Of a DNA stretch of 64,000 nt, positions 16,571 through 26,290 are shown in pieces. The translations under genes were made by a program, and so were the position numbers. The DNA is taken from IMG/VR virus record IMGVR_UViG_3300031576_000002, positions 1-64,000 of that record. One strand, 5' to 3'. Position 1 is the stretch's first letter, and each line of letters starts with the position of its first letter. A model generated the notes under the pieces. It did not search any database. It was not told the DNA's origin and saw only the letters and a list, made by a program, of their open reading frames with translations.

Positions 16571-17312
16571 GATAGCGTCTTCCGTACGCCTTCACCCTCT
16601 CCGCAAACGCAGCATCATTTTTTATCCTATTCCGTATTCTCAGGTTTCGGCACGCTTTACATATCCGGCTAGTACGAAACTTGCCTCTATTGAGTAGTAG
16701 ATTGTCTCCATCTAACCTGTGCAATCCTTTTACGCAGACATTCAGACGACTGGATACCTGGCTTGGATGATTACCACGCCTTAAATTCTCTTGAGGAGTG
16801 ACAGGCTCTAAATGCGCAGGATTCACACAAGAGGTGTTTTTACACAGATGGTCCAGGTGCAACTCGGGCGGAATAGGCGTAAGAGCAATATGTTCGTACG
16901 CCCAGCGGTGGGCTCTTACAGAAGTCCCTTTATAGTAGAATACGCCATAACCGTCTAAATCCTTCCCGGTCTTCCACTCAAAGCAGCCGCTCGCAGTTAC
17001 GGTAACGCACCTGTTAAATCTCTCCAACGCCTTCACTTCATAGCGAGAAGCATAAGGTTCCAAATGAAGTGGCCCAACACAGCGCATATTACCGCAGATA
17101 GGTAGCAACCGGGCACTCCAGGGCAAAGGACCAATCATCCGCTTGTAGATCCAGTGAGACGCAGACTCTTGACGAGGCTTGCCGCCAGAAAAAAAGTGTC
17201 TATGACTCGACTGCCATATAAGGCACCAAGAAGAATTATCAGGTTCTACCTTAGCCAAAAATCTACTAAAAGGGTCTCCCCCGCTCCCCGCAGGTCTGCC
17301 TAATTTTTTCAT
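16539..17312 (-). CDS. Free-standing HNH homing endonuclease (two HNH-like repeats)
   Basis: CVGPLHLEP and HLDHLCKNTSCVNPAHLEPVTPQEN; C-terminal CVKGLH...CKAC; visibly lower GC than flanks. Confidence 0.85.
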   Translation of the reverse strand: MKKLGRPAGSGGDPFSRFLAKVEPDNSSWCLIWQSSHRHFFSGGKPRQESASHWIYKRMIGPLPWSARLLPICGNMRCVGPLHLEPYASRYEVKALERFNRCVTVTASGCFEWKTGKDLDGYGVFYYKGTSVRAHRWAYEHIALTPIPPELHLDHLCKNTSCVNPAHLEPVTPQENLRRGNHPSQVSSRLNVCVKGLHRLDGDNLLLNRGKFRTSRICKACRNLRIRNRIKNDAAFAERVKAYGRRYRAKKAGQNAS

Positions 17313-18094
17313 CTCTTTCCTGCCTCTCGTGCAGCTACCAACTTTTCTATCAACTCCCCGTGCCGCAGCTTGATCCACATCGAATTCTCATAGTAAAAAC
17401 TGTGCGTAGGCTTCCCATAACTACGACTACGCCAGTGCCAAATAGGATGTTCTCGCTGACAGACCACTCGCCAGCCCCGCTCTTGAACTTGCAGACACGC
17501 CTCACAGTCTTCCCAAGAATGCGGAAAAAATAGTTGGAAGCCGCCAATCTCCTCCCACAGACTACGAGGCATGAATAACCCACACCCAGTCACGCCCTCC
17601 ACATAAGCGCTCACCTGATACTCCGGCCGGTCATCCTCGAACTCGGCGATATGGTGCCAGCTTCCATCTGCCCGGTACTCCGTACCCACATGGCCCAACT
17701 TGCCCGTATCGGGAAACAGATGCTTCACCCCTATTATACCGGCGCGCTCAAAACGACTGAAGCAAGCTAGGGTTGCGCCTAGCCACTCAGGGTCTCGAAA
17801 CTCCAGATCCGTGTTCATGTGCGCGACGTAGGGCGTCGTCGCCATTGCGAACACACGATTGACTAGAACCGCGGACATTCCCGTTCTAGCAAAGCGCTCG
17901 TACTCGATCGGATAACTGACCTTCTTGCGAACGGCCTCGACCAGATCGTAGATAGGCTCGGTCGAGCCATCATCCACGATGACAGCGACAAAGTCGCGAT
18001 ACGTCGTCTGGTCGAGCGTTTCCAGCGCCACGCGCAGGAGCGCCGCCTGATTGTAAGTCGGGAAGACTAGAGTGACTGCGGCGGAGTAAACCAT
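17309..18094 (-). CDS. Glycosyltransferase family 2
   Basis: FPTYN, IVDDGS, MNTD, EIGGF, ED motifs. Confidence 0.9.
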   Translation of the reverse strand: MVYSAAVTLVFPTYNQAALLRVALETLDQTTYRDFVAVIVDDGSTEPIYDLVEAVRKKVSYPIEYERFARTGMSAVLVNRVFAMATTPYVAHMNTDLEFRDPEWLGATLACFSRFERAGIIGVKHLFPDTGKLGHVGTEYRADGSWHHIAEFEDDRPEYQVSAYVEGVTGCGLFMPRSLWEEIGGFQLFFPHSWEDCEACLQVQERGWRVVCQREHPIWHWRSRSYGKPTHSFYYENSMWIKLRHGELIEKLVAAREAGKR

Positions 18095-19206
18095 GTCTTG
18101 TGCGCCAGCTCGTCGTACATTTTTGAGAGGGCTTCTGCGGCTCGCGCCCAATCAAAGTTATCTTGCACGTACTTCTGCGACTCGTCAGTCAGTGGCGCTT
18201 CGACCGCATTCGAGATCGCGTCTGCGATCGAGGAGATCGAACTGGGCTCGCAGAGGAATGCACCTGGAAATTCCTCGAAGTAGGTCTGACTCGTCAGCAC
18301 AATCTTACAGCCCGCCAGCGCGGCTTCCAGGGCTACGTTAGGCATCGGGTCGAACGTAGACGCCAGCACCAGAATCCGGCTCTGCCTGTACAGGTCCGCC
18401 AGCTTCGCCCGGCTCAGGTTGCCGGCGTAGTTGAAGCGGTACTTTCGGCACTGCGACCAGTAGGCGGCATCCAGCACTGGACCCGCTAGAGTAGGAACGA
18501 TGCCATGACGTTCGCAGGCTTGCAGCACCAGCTCCTGATTCTTCCGGGGACTGATGCTGCCCGCGATCAGTACCTCGACGGGCCTGTCAGCGTCCAAGTC
18601 GCCCTGGAAGCTGGAATCGACGCCTTTCGTGAGGATTCGGAACTGCACTGCGCCGTCCAGCCCCGGGTACTCCGCCGTCAGAACTTGCCGCTCTCGGGCG
18701 GAGTAGACGAGAAGCGCGGTGGCTCTTTCCAGTACCGCCCTGACTTTGGAAGGCTCTGGGATTCGATGGATGAAGCGGGGGAAGTAGATTGGGGTGACGA
18801 GATAAGGGCGATCTCTCCGCCAGATTTCTACCGCCGCGCTCAGCGTCCAGGGCCATGCTGCATTGTAGAGATGGTAGATCGGAAACGTCGCCGCGCTACT
18901 AACCTCGGAAGCACACGGCGCTTGGATTCCTATTTTGTCGAGCGCGGTGCGGAACCCGTCCATCTCGACAAAGTCGCCGCCATCCCACGAGGATCGGTCT
19001 CGATTGACGAAGAGAACTTGGGCACCCGTTACCGTTTTGGCTGCAAGGTCTTTCCGCGAGAAGGGTTCCAACAGCATGCGGGAGCGGGAACGTGAAAACG
19101 CATGCGCAGCCCCACGTCGCGCCTCCTCCATGCGAAGCGCATGGATCTGGGCTCTACGAGTAGGAGGGGGTGCGAACGGCAGCTTGCCAACAGTGCGCGC
19201 CATCAC
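18067..19206 (-). CDS. Glycosyltransferase, GT4-like (true start probably near 19077-19131)
   Basis: GGD..EM, GSISPRKNQ, STFDPMPNVALEAALAG, FDWARAA. Confidence 0.85.
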   Translation of the reverse strand: MMARTVGKLPFAPPPTRRAQIHALRMEEARRGAAHAFSRSRSRMLLEPFSRKDLAAKTVTGAQVLFVNRDRSSWDGGDFVEMDGFRTALDKIGIQAPCASEVSSAATFPIYHLYNAAWPWTLSAAVEIWRRDRPYLVTPIYFPRFIHRIPEPSKVRAVLERATALLVYSARERQVLTAEYPGLDGAVQFRILTKGVDSSFQGDLDADRPVEVLIAGSISPRKNQELVLQACERHGIVPTLAGPVLDAAYWSQCRKYRFNYAGNLSRAKLADLYRQSRILVLASTFDPMPNVALEAALAGCKIVLTSQTYFEEFPGAFLCEPSSISSIADAISNAVEAPLTDESQKYVQDNFDWARAAEALSKMYDELAHKTWFTPPQSL

Positions 19207-19262
19207 TGCCCGCGCTCGGCAAGTTCTCTAGGGGGCACTGCTGCGATAACAACCATAGCAGT

Positions 19263-20423
19263 TCAGCCTCCCTTTTCCGCTAACTCATTAAGTCTGCCTA
19301 CAGGCGTAGGCAGCCCGCCAATAAGGGCATAGACACGTAATGCAGCACTGAACGCGGCCCCAGTGTAGACACCCCTGTGAATTGTTACACCTTTGCGGCC
19401 CATCATTTCAGCCAATGCCGCGATACCGTACTCAACATCCTGGGCTTTCACCTTGGAAAGAACATCTGCGGAGCCCACTGCCAGAGCAGCGCCCAGCTTG
19501 GCCTTCGAGAGATCGAAGCCCTCAGCCAGCATGCCACGCTCCATGTTTTTTCGGATCGCTTCCGACAACTTGGTCGCGGAAGGATCCTTCACGTCCATGG
19601 CGCCAAACATGACCGTACCGCTACCAAGCACAGTACCCAGGTCACGGCGATCGAACGCCATGTCCGCAGGCGTAGCTGCCAAAACCGTGAACGCTTGCAG
19701 CATCGACAGCACGGCCAGATTCGGCTTCTCCCACTTCATCGTCAAAGAAAGGTTCGGCCAAATCTTCGGTATCCGGTTGTTGTCCACGACAATGAGCGGC
19801 GTCAGCTCGCCGCGATCGACCTTATCGAAGAGTGTCGTCAGAACCCTGTGCGCGTTGCGGCAAACGCCGGGCTGCTCCGTCGTCTGTGGAATCGTCACGA
19901 TTGCGCCGATTCTCGGATAAGCCGGATCAGGCCGCTCCAAGGTCTCGGTGTAGCGCTTGACCGTGTCGAAGATGTTCTGCCGGCCTTCCTTTTCAATCAT
20001 CGCGCCAGAGCCACTGCCGCCACCAGAACCGCTCGCGCAGAGTACGACCTCCACGTTTGCGCCGAGGCTGGTATGCAGCAGGTCGAAGATCGCGTCGCGC
20101 GCTTCATGGATCAAGTCGAGGCCAACATCGGGATTCTTTCCTGCGCCTCCGGTGTCTCCCGCAAGCAGCTTGCGCTCTGCGGGAAGAGCCTTGAGCTGTT
20201 CGAGGTCGCCGGGCGCGGTATTGATCGCGCAGACACGTCGCCAGCCAAGTCGCCAAGCGGTCTCCGCTAGACGGCCGCCTGCCTGGCCGATTCCTACGAA
20301 TCCAATTCGCACCGCGGACTGGAACGTATCCTCGTGCGGATCGACAACGGTTTCGATCTCCGGCAGCTCGAAACTCGCCAGCGCGTCAAGTCCCGTCTTT
20401 GGCTCAGTCATCCCGTCCCCCAT
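19263..20423 (-). CDS. Tubulin/FtsZ-superfamily GTPase (PhuZ/TubZ/CetZ-like)
   Basis: GIGQAGG, INT, GAGKN, GSGGGSGSG signature, VDNN, D..D. Confidence 0.9.
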   Translation of the reverse strand: MGDGMTEPKTGLDALASFELPEIETVVDPHEDTFQSAVRIGFVGIGQAGGRLAETAWRLGWRRVCAINTAPGDLEQLKALPAERKLLAGDTGGAGKNPDVGLDLIHEARDAIFDLLHTSLGANVEVVLCASGSGGGSGSGAMIEKEGRQNIFDTVKRYTETLERPDPAYPRIGAIVTIPQTTEQPGVCRNAHRVLTTLFDKVDRGELTPLIVVDNNRIPKIWPNLSLTMKWEKPNLAVLSMLQAFTVLAATPADMAFDRRDLGTVLGSGTVMFGAMDVKDPSATKLSEAIRKNMERGMLAEGFDLSKAKLGAALAVGSADVLSKVKAQDVEYGIAALAEMMGRKGVTIHRGVYTGAAFSAALRVYALIGGLPTPVGRLNELAEKGG

Positions 20424-20424
20424 T

Positions 20425-21108
20425 TCAGGCTTCCGCGCCTTCTTCCATTTTGCGGTACGTGTAGTAGTAATCGCGCAGCTCTCTCCCTGAAAGATTTTTA
20501 ACCTTTTGTACTATCTCCGTCTTAGCCCGTTCAGGGTGCTGCTGCACAACCATACGAGTCAGGTGTTCCCGCAAGTTCTCTTCCTCGGAAGGCCCCCAGG
20601 TACGAGGCCATGCCCCGTACCTACGAAGATAGCGTACGAGAGCAGATCCCTTCAACAGGTAGGTAGGATGTTCTACACCTTCAGAGAAGTAATCTCCAGG
20701 CTCTGCCTGGGGGTACTCTTCCCGCTGATGTTCATAGCGTTCTGTCCCCTCTTCCGCATACTGCCAGCCTGGCACATCAGCTTCTCCGCCCTCCCCCGAC
20801 ATAACCGCCAACAACCCGTAAGCTCGAATCTGAGAATCGGTCACGGCATGCAGATCAGTCCCTAGACCATTCGCAATGCACGAGACCATCGCTGTCAGGG
20901 ATCTATCGACATCTCTCTTCTCGGCCGCAAAAACAAGTTCCGGCAGTTCTATTCCTGCCTCCTCGTACTCCTCGTAGGCGCCGCTTGCGTTCGGCCCTAC
21001 GCCGGGCAAAAGGCCAAACGCGCGAATGCTTTCCTCATGAAACGTACAAGTACCGTGCACCAAAGTCTTAGACGCCAAAAGACTTAGGGCACGCTGAATA
21101 GATTGCAA
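20425..21108 (-). CDS. Putative ADP-ribosyltransferase-fold protein
   Basis: LVHGT...SI...GLLP followed by LVFAA, typical of the H-x-T ART clade; downstream Y and E positions not verified. Confidence 0.45.
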   Translation of the reverse strand: MQSIQRALSLLASKTLVHGTCTFHEESIRAFGLLPGVGPNASGAYEEYEEAGIELPELVFAAEKRDVDRSLTAMVSCIANGLGTDLHAVTDSQIRAYGLLAVMSGEGGEADVPGWQYAEEGTERYEHQREEYPQAEPGDYFSEGVEHPTYLLKGSALVRYLRRYGAWPRTWGPSEEENLREHLTRMVVQQHPERAKTEIVQKVKNLSGRELRDYYYTYRKMEEGAEA

Positions 21109-21111
21109 GTC

Positions 21112-24100
21112 TTACTCCTCGCGACCACCCAGCAAGTCCTTCGACCCTATCGAGCCTTCCTCGGTTCCATGCAGCGACTTCTCAAGCTGTGCCTCGGCAT
21201 CTGCAAGAGCCGCCGCCTCTTCCGTAGCATCGGCGTCCGTGAGCACACCTTCAAGTGTCAGCACTTTCCGAATCGTAGCAATTTCCTCGTCGGTTCGCCC
21301 AAGGCTGACCAGCTCGGCGTCAATGTCGTCCCACTGCATCGACAGAATCTCGCCGCCCTCTGGAGCGCTTTTGAGCTGCGCCTTCTTCCCGAATTTCTTC
21401 CACTCAGGATGAGAGGTATCTCCCTCACGCAGGAGTTCCACAAGAGGTTCCACGTCTTCGTAGTGAACGCCGCAGAACTTGCCTTCTTTATCCCAGATCC
21501 TTGAAGAGATGTGATCGGACGCAACTGGAAAGCGGTAGGGATCGTGACCGTTGCCGCTCGACTTCTTGGAAGTCTTACGACTGGCCGTAGGCATTGGCGG
21601 AGCCCCCGGCAAGCCCTTCGGCCCTTCCTCGCCTTCCGCGAAGAGGTCGGGGTGCTTGTCCATGATCTCTTTCTTGTACTCCTTCTCCTCGACGATCTGG
21701 CGGCGTTCTGCGTCCAGATCGAGTCCTGCTCCGGTTGCCATCGTGCGTTCCGAAATGATTCCACGTTCCATGAGGTCCCGCCAGGTAGAGAGCAGCGCAT
21801 TGTCCTGCGTCGGCTCCAAGCGCTTGCGCCACCAAATGCGGGGAACGATGAGCTGGCTTTCCTTCTTCTGAATGCGAACGCGATGACTGAGTTCCGCCGG
21901 TGTTCGCCGGTAGAACTCGTTCATTTTCGCTATTGCGACGAAGATTTTGGGATTGATCCAGCGCCGCTCGAACATACGGCGGAAGGTTTGGAGGCGCTCA
22001 ACCATAGTCTGTAGACCTGCGACAGCACTGGCGTAGCTGGCCTCACCGAGGAGGAAAGATTTTGAAATGCCGAGACCTAAGAATTTAACGCGCTCGATGA
22101 AGTCCCATTCGCGACTGGCTGAGTTGTGGGATGAGATAAAATTCGCCAAATACAGGTGATTGCCGTCCGTTTCAAGATTATAGACATTCCCTTTGTAAGG
22201 TCTGGAAGACACATCCTTGACAGAATACTGTACCCAGTCCCCTACAACTTGATTCCCAGCACTTCTCTTAAAAGTCCCTGTATACTTTTTACCATTCAAG
22301 AGTCCGTAAAGTTTTCTAGCGCTCGCCTGCGTAAGCGTAATTGTGTGACGCTTAGGAGCGTTTACATGATTATTTCTACGATGGTACGCCTCTTCCCGGA
22401 TGCCTAAGCTAGGAGCGAACCCCGTAATCTGTAGCAGTCTTACCAACTGTGAAGCTAGCCAAGGCGAAGTAGTAGAGGCCATAAGAGAAAGACTTTCCCA
22501 CTTCATTACGTATTTGCGCGTCCAGCCATCTCCAAGAAAATAGCCTTTCAAAAGTTCAAGCTGGAGGTCTTCCTCCCAGCAAAAAATACTTCTATGCAGC
22601 CACTTCTCTTGTGAGTATTTATCGGCGTATTTAATCAAAAGCTCTGTCATCTTACGAGCGGGCTCTTTCGGGTAGCAGCCCCGGACGTGAACTCCGTTAC
22701 CATAGGCTTTGTAAACTGCGGGCTTTACTCCAAACTCTTTCCGCATAATGTCCATAATGTCTTTTATGATTGTCGTGTCGCTCTTATCCAGGGCAATAGA
22801 AATCCCAGCATCACGGTTCCTATTGACGGATACCGCACATCCATCTGCAAGATAGTATCCGATCAGACGAGCTACATCGGGCGATACAGGTCTAGTCTTT
22901 TTCCCTTTTATATGTCTCGGCGCGACGAGCAGGTCGCCCGCGCGGATTTCAGACGCGGGCGCCTCAGTCGGTACCGCACACGAAGAATATCGAAATTTTG
23001 AAAAAAATTTACCGCAATAGCCATTATGCTTTCTAGGCTTTGCCTTCTTACAAGGCTCCCCATTTTTATAGCAGGGCGGCCTTTTAATGACGAGCAGCCT
23101 GTGTTCAGCGGTCACGCAAACAGGCTCCGGCAAACCTTGTACGCACAGTGTTACCATAGTACCCTTGTATTTTAAGGGTTTCACATTCAACGCCTTTACC
23201 GGCGTACCAGAGCCTCCTTGTAGAATCGTATCAGGCTCCACAAATTCTATAGGGCACTGTGTTCCGTCCTCCAGCGTGATAAGCGTTCCAGCCGGATGAC
23301 ACAAAAGGCGATCACTTACACCAACAAGCTCCACACTCAATCCGTAATTATAAACGATTGCCGCGAATGGATCCGTCTCGGCAATCGCCAACATGTTAAG
23401 AAACGACTCTTCGTCGGACTTAGACGGTAAAAATCCCGTAGCGGGGTCTCCGAGTTTGAAGATTCTAAGAGGGGCGGCATTACGCTGCGCGACTGCCAGA
23501 TAGGCATTGATTAGGAAATCGCTGACCATCTGAATCTGGTATAGCCTTGACAACATGCTCGTGCCCAGATGGGTATACGGTGAAATCTTTCGAGCAATAT
23601 ATGTGGCATTCAAAGGATCCAGAGGTATTGGAATTCCTGCAATCGCGTAATGAATGATCTTGGGCGGCAATTTTGCCCTCGCCCTCACAAGCCTCGGATC
23701 TTGACTGGTCGCCAATGCTCGCAATTCTGGAGTCGGCTTCAAGTCAATAACAGGCTCGAAACCGGGTACTGGTACAGGAGTTACTGCAAGGTAGTCAGGA
23801 TTGTAAACCAGCAGGTTAGACCAATAATTCTTACGAGTGTCATAGATAAGATGAGGCACAACTTTTCCAGTAATCAGATACTCTCTTGCCAATTCCGGAA
23901 GCCAGCTTAAAAGATTGAGATCCGACATCATACTCTCATAAATCTCTTTGACTCGCGGATCATCTTCGAGCCCGAGAAGATCAAATTCCGAGAACGGAAG
24001 CTCGCTCCAGACGTCCAAGGCCGCCCCCACCGCAGGATCGCTGCGGTACATGTGCCGCCAAATTGCATTGGCCTGCACTTCACTACGGGGGTAGTAGAAC

Positions 24101-24423
24101 TTGTCTGGCGTCGAGTAGCGTGGATCGTAATAGATCGGCGTACTGATCTGCGCCGTAGACCTTCCCCCCGCGACCGTGCCCGACGTAAAGCCTGCATTCG
24201 TCGCAGACGCAGAACTCCCAAATCCTCCGAACGGGTCGGACTGCTGCGCGGTTCGGTGGAACCCGCGCCGGGTGTAGACCGCACCTGTTGCTCTAGGCTC
24301 GGAGGAGAATCCGCCTCGTGCCGACGTCTCATTGAAGAGACGCGACATGAAGTCACCTGACGCTTGATCGCGGTATTTTTTACCGTCGTTCGCCATTGTA
24401 TTTAACCGCCCCACATCCCACAC
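21112..24423 (-). CDS. Phage portal protein interrupted by an intein
   Basis: 'DPAVGAALDVWSELPFS', 'GTSM', 'RNAAPLRIFKLGD', 'LGLGISKSFLLGEASYASA' large-phage portal pattern; lies in the head/packaging region with TerL. Confidence 0.8.
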   Translation of the reverse strand: MWDVGRLNTMANDGKKYRDQASGDFMSRLFNETSARGGFSSEPRATGAVYTRRGFHRTAQQSDPFGGFGSSASATNAGFTSGTVAGGRSTAQISTPIYYDPRYSTPDKFYYPRSEVQANAIWRHMYRSDPAVGAALDVWSELPFSEFDLLGLEDDPRVKEIYESMMSDLNLLSWLPELAREYLITGKVVPHLIYDTRKNYWSNLLVYNPDYLAVTPVPVPGFEPVIDLKPTPELRALATSQDPRLVRARAKLPPKIIHYAIAGIPIPLDPLNATYIARKISPYTHLGTSMLSRLYQIQMVSDFLINAYLAVAQRNAAPLRIFKLGDPATGFLPSKSDEESFLNMLAIAETDPFAAIVYNYGLSVELVGVSDRLLCHPAGTLITLEDGTQCPIEFVEPDTILQGGSGTPVKALNVKPLKYKGTMVTLCVQGLPEPVCVTAEHRLLVIKRPPCYKNGEPCKKAKPRKHNGYCGKFFSKFRYSSCAVPTEAPASEIRAGDLLVAPRHIKGKKTRPVSPDVARLIGYYLADGCAVSVNRNRDAGISIALDKSDTTIIKDIMDIMRKEFGVKPAVYKAYGNGVHVRGCYPKEPARKMTELLIKYADKYSQEKWLHRSIFCWEEDLQLELLKGYFLGDGWTRKYVMKWESLSLMASTTSPWLASQLVRLLQITGFAPSLGIREEAYHRRNNHVNAPKRHTITLTQASARKLYGLLNGKKYTGTFKRSAGNQVVGDWVQYSVKDVSSRPYKGNVYNLETDGNHLYLANFISSHNSASREWDFIERVKFLGLGISKSFLLGEASYASAVAGLQTMVERLQTFRRMFERRWINPKIFVAIAKMNEFYRRTPAELSHRVRIQKKESQLIVPRIWWRKRLEPTQDNALLSTWRDLMERGIISERTMATGAGLDLDAERRQIVEEKEYKKEIMDKHPDLFAEGEEGPKGLPGAPPMPTASRKTSKKSSGNGHDPYRFPVASDHISSRIWDKEGKFCGVHYEDVEPLVELLREGDTSHPEWKKFGKKAQLKSAPEGGEILSMQWDDIDAELVSLGRTDEEIATIRKVLTLEGVLTDADATEEAAALADAEAQLEKSLHGTEEGSIGSKDLLGGREE
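22123..23301 (-). mobile_element. Intein with LAGLIDADG homing endonuclease (393 aa)
   Basis: Starts CHPAGTLI, ends VYNLET..NHLYLANFISSHN/S; LIGYYLADG and LLKGYFLGDG; lower GC. Confidence 0.92.
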
Positions 24424-24821
24424 TACCTAAAAATAGCCCAATCCTTAGACTCCTCAGCATCCGGAAAGTAAGCGATCCAGGCAGGTACAGGTATTCTCAG
24501 CAGGTACCCCACTTGTAGGCGATGATTGCCTTCAATCCCGTGAGGTCCGATAACAACAGGGCGCCGGAAGCCTACTTTTCTCACACTTTTCAGAAGACCT
24601 TCTAGTCTTTTCAGAGGCTCCGCTTGAAAAAAATCTCTCACCATATCTCCAGCCACGAACGGGTCTACCTGATCGCGCCGCCACACGATTATATCTTCTT
24701 CACTTACATCCAAAGTCGCTAATGCTTCATCTCTCACATTCGCTGGGAGTTCGGAAGTCTTCAAGTCAGCAGAGCTTCTCAGTGTACTTGCCACTTTTAG
24801 CAGACTATTCATTAGATTCAC
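24423..24821 (-). CDS. ParB/Srx-like domain protein
   Basis: LKSVRKVGFRRPVVI...IEGNHRL...IPVP. Confidence 0.75.
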   Translation of the reverse strand: MNLMNSLLKVASTLRSSADLKTSELPANVRDEALATLDVSEEDIIVWRRDQVDPFVAGDMVRDFFQAEPLKRLEGLLKSVRKVGFRRPVVIGPHGIEGNHRLQVGYLLRIPVPAWIAYFPDAEESKDWAIFR

Positions 24822-25129
24822 CGGAGAGCTTCAATCGCTGTCTTCAGTTTACCGAGCGAAGTCTCAATCTCATTCAAATTGGGCTGCATCAGTCGAATAG
24901 CCTGCACGATTTCACTTTCCATCCGGTCCAGCACTTCAGCCGGCGGGGCTCCGGGTGGCTTCTCCCTCCGCATTCGTTGCGTCTTTTCGAGTGCTTCCTT
25001 GAGCGCTCCTAGCGCTCTGGACACAGCAGTCGTCAAGCCGCTTGCTGTGGGCGAGGAGGAATACTGCAATCCACTGGATAGCAAATCGGGCGGAAGGAGT
25101 GATCCAGGTCTCAAGCTGTTGTCCGTCAC
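24818..25129 (-). CDS. Hypothetical helical protein (true start uncertain; overlaps next ORF)
   Basis: ORF track; ATGA-type coupling at 24818-24821. Confidence 0.4.
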   Translation of the reverse strand: MTDNSLRPGSLLPPDLLSSGLQYSSSPTASGLTTAVSRALGALKEALEKTQRMRREKPPGAPPAEVLDRMESEIVQAIRLMQPNLNEIETSLGKLKTAIEALR

Positions 25130-25556
25130 GGTTCATCCTCAGCATGCACCTATCGGACTTCTTCTCAAAGTACAGCGTAAGGTCAGCGTCAAGAAATCGT
25201 GTAACGGCCCCTTGCCCGCCAAAAGCTTCTGGAAGCGGTACCGGCTTTGGCCTCGGCACGAACACGGGTCGGAGCATCTTGTTCCATACCAGCGCGATCT
25301 TGAAGAGTCTATCACGGCAGCCGGGATACGTGCGATCTTTCGTGTTGTAGAGCGCACTCGGCCCGAACTGCGGTATGGCTCCGTCAAGGATCGAGAGCAA
25401 GATCGCGGGACGGTACCGCCGCATCCTGAGAAGCCGCTGGATCTTTTTCGGGAGGGTGCGTACCGGCGTATCCGATACAGGTAGCCCGTCCCTGCGCTGA
25501 ATGTGAATCCGGGAACGGGAGTAGTTCAGCGCGTGATCGTGATAGATCAGTTGCAC
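24936..25556 (-). CDS. Hypothetical protein
   Basis: ORF track. Confidence 0.45.
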   Translation of the reverse strand: MQLIYHDHALNYSRSRIHIQRRDGLPVSDTPVRTLPKKIQRLLRMRRYRPAILLSILDGAIPQFGPSALYNTKDRTYPGCRDRLFKIALVWNKMLRPVFVPRPKPVPLPEAFGGQGAVTRFLDADLTLYFEKKSDRCMLRMNRDGQQLETWITPSARFAIQWIAVFLLAHSKRLDDCCVQSARSAQGSTRKDATNAEGEATRSPAG

Positions 25557-25558
25557 TT

Positions 25559-26284
25559 TTACGTGTCGCCGTACTTGTCAGGTTCAGTCTCTAGCTTCTT
25601 GCAAGCTTCTTGGAGGAGCTGGAGAAACTTTTCAGTCAGCGCAGATCCATCTGGGTGTAGACTGATTACATGCAAGATATGCTTTTGCTCAGGCCCTTCT
25701 TCCATGACTTTCGGATTTCTGAGAATCGTTTTCCATACATCAACGTCATCCTGCGGCTCCCCTCTCAGCATCTTTGTAAGAATGGCAAAAGCTAGCGAAG
25801 GGCCTACTACCTGGACGCCGTGTGAAGTCGCTGGAATAGTTTCGCCTTCGTTCAGTGCGATCTCTAACGCCTCGGGTTTGTGCGTCACAAACTGGATCTT
25901 GACGCCACTTTCCCCATGCTTGAGTGTAATCCGATTCGGACGGAACGTACCCCCTGCTTCACGAATCTCGACTTCCCGAAATCTGTAACGGCTTGCGGCA
26001 TCTATTACTTTCGGCAAGGAGTGCGCGAAGATCATAAAATCGAGGTTTTCGGTCGCACGCACGTAGCCGTGAATTCCTAGCGCGGTCGCTCCGATCAGTA
26101 CGTAGGACACGCCCAGGTCGTCCAACATCCTGACTGCGTCACGCAGGGTAGCCCCAAAGTCGCCTGTACCCGCAGCACCTCGGTAGAGCAGCGCATCCCG
26201 CGCAAAACCTGTGCTCCACGCAAGCGTCCGATCCAAAGAGGGACGCCCATCAAGAAGGGCTGCGACTTCTTGCAGGGCCTGCAT
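25559..26284 (-). CDS. Nucleotidyltransferase-fold protein (same family as 5592), first catalytic Asp replaced by Asn
   Basis: YVLIGATAL.IHGY.RATENLD. Confidence 0.75.
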   Translation of the reverse strand: MQALQEVAALLDGRPSLDRTLAWSTGFARDALLYRGAAGTGDFGATLRDAVRMLDDLGVSYVLIGATALGIHGYVRATENLDFMIFAHSLPKVIDAASRYRFREVEIREAGGTFRPNRITLKHGESGVKIQFVTHKPEALEIALNEGETIPATSHGVQVVGPSLAFAILTKMLRGEPQDDVDVWKTILRNPKVMEEGPEQKHILHVISLHPDGSALTEKFLQLLQEACKKLETEPDKYGDT

Positions 26285-26290
26285 AGGAGG

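Noticed and set aside
19263-20423. Calling the phage nucleus-forming
   Set aside because: Tubulin alone is insufficient; no shell protein or multi-subunit phage RNA polymerase was recognised, and sigma70-type promoters plus a sigma factor imply use of host RNA polymerase.
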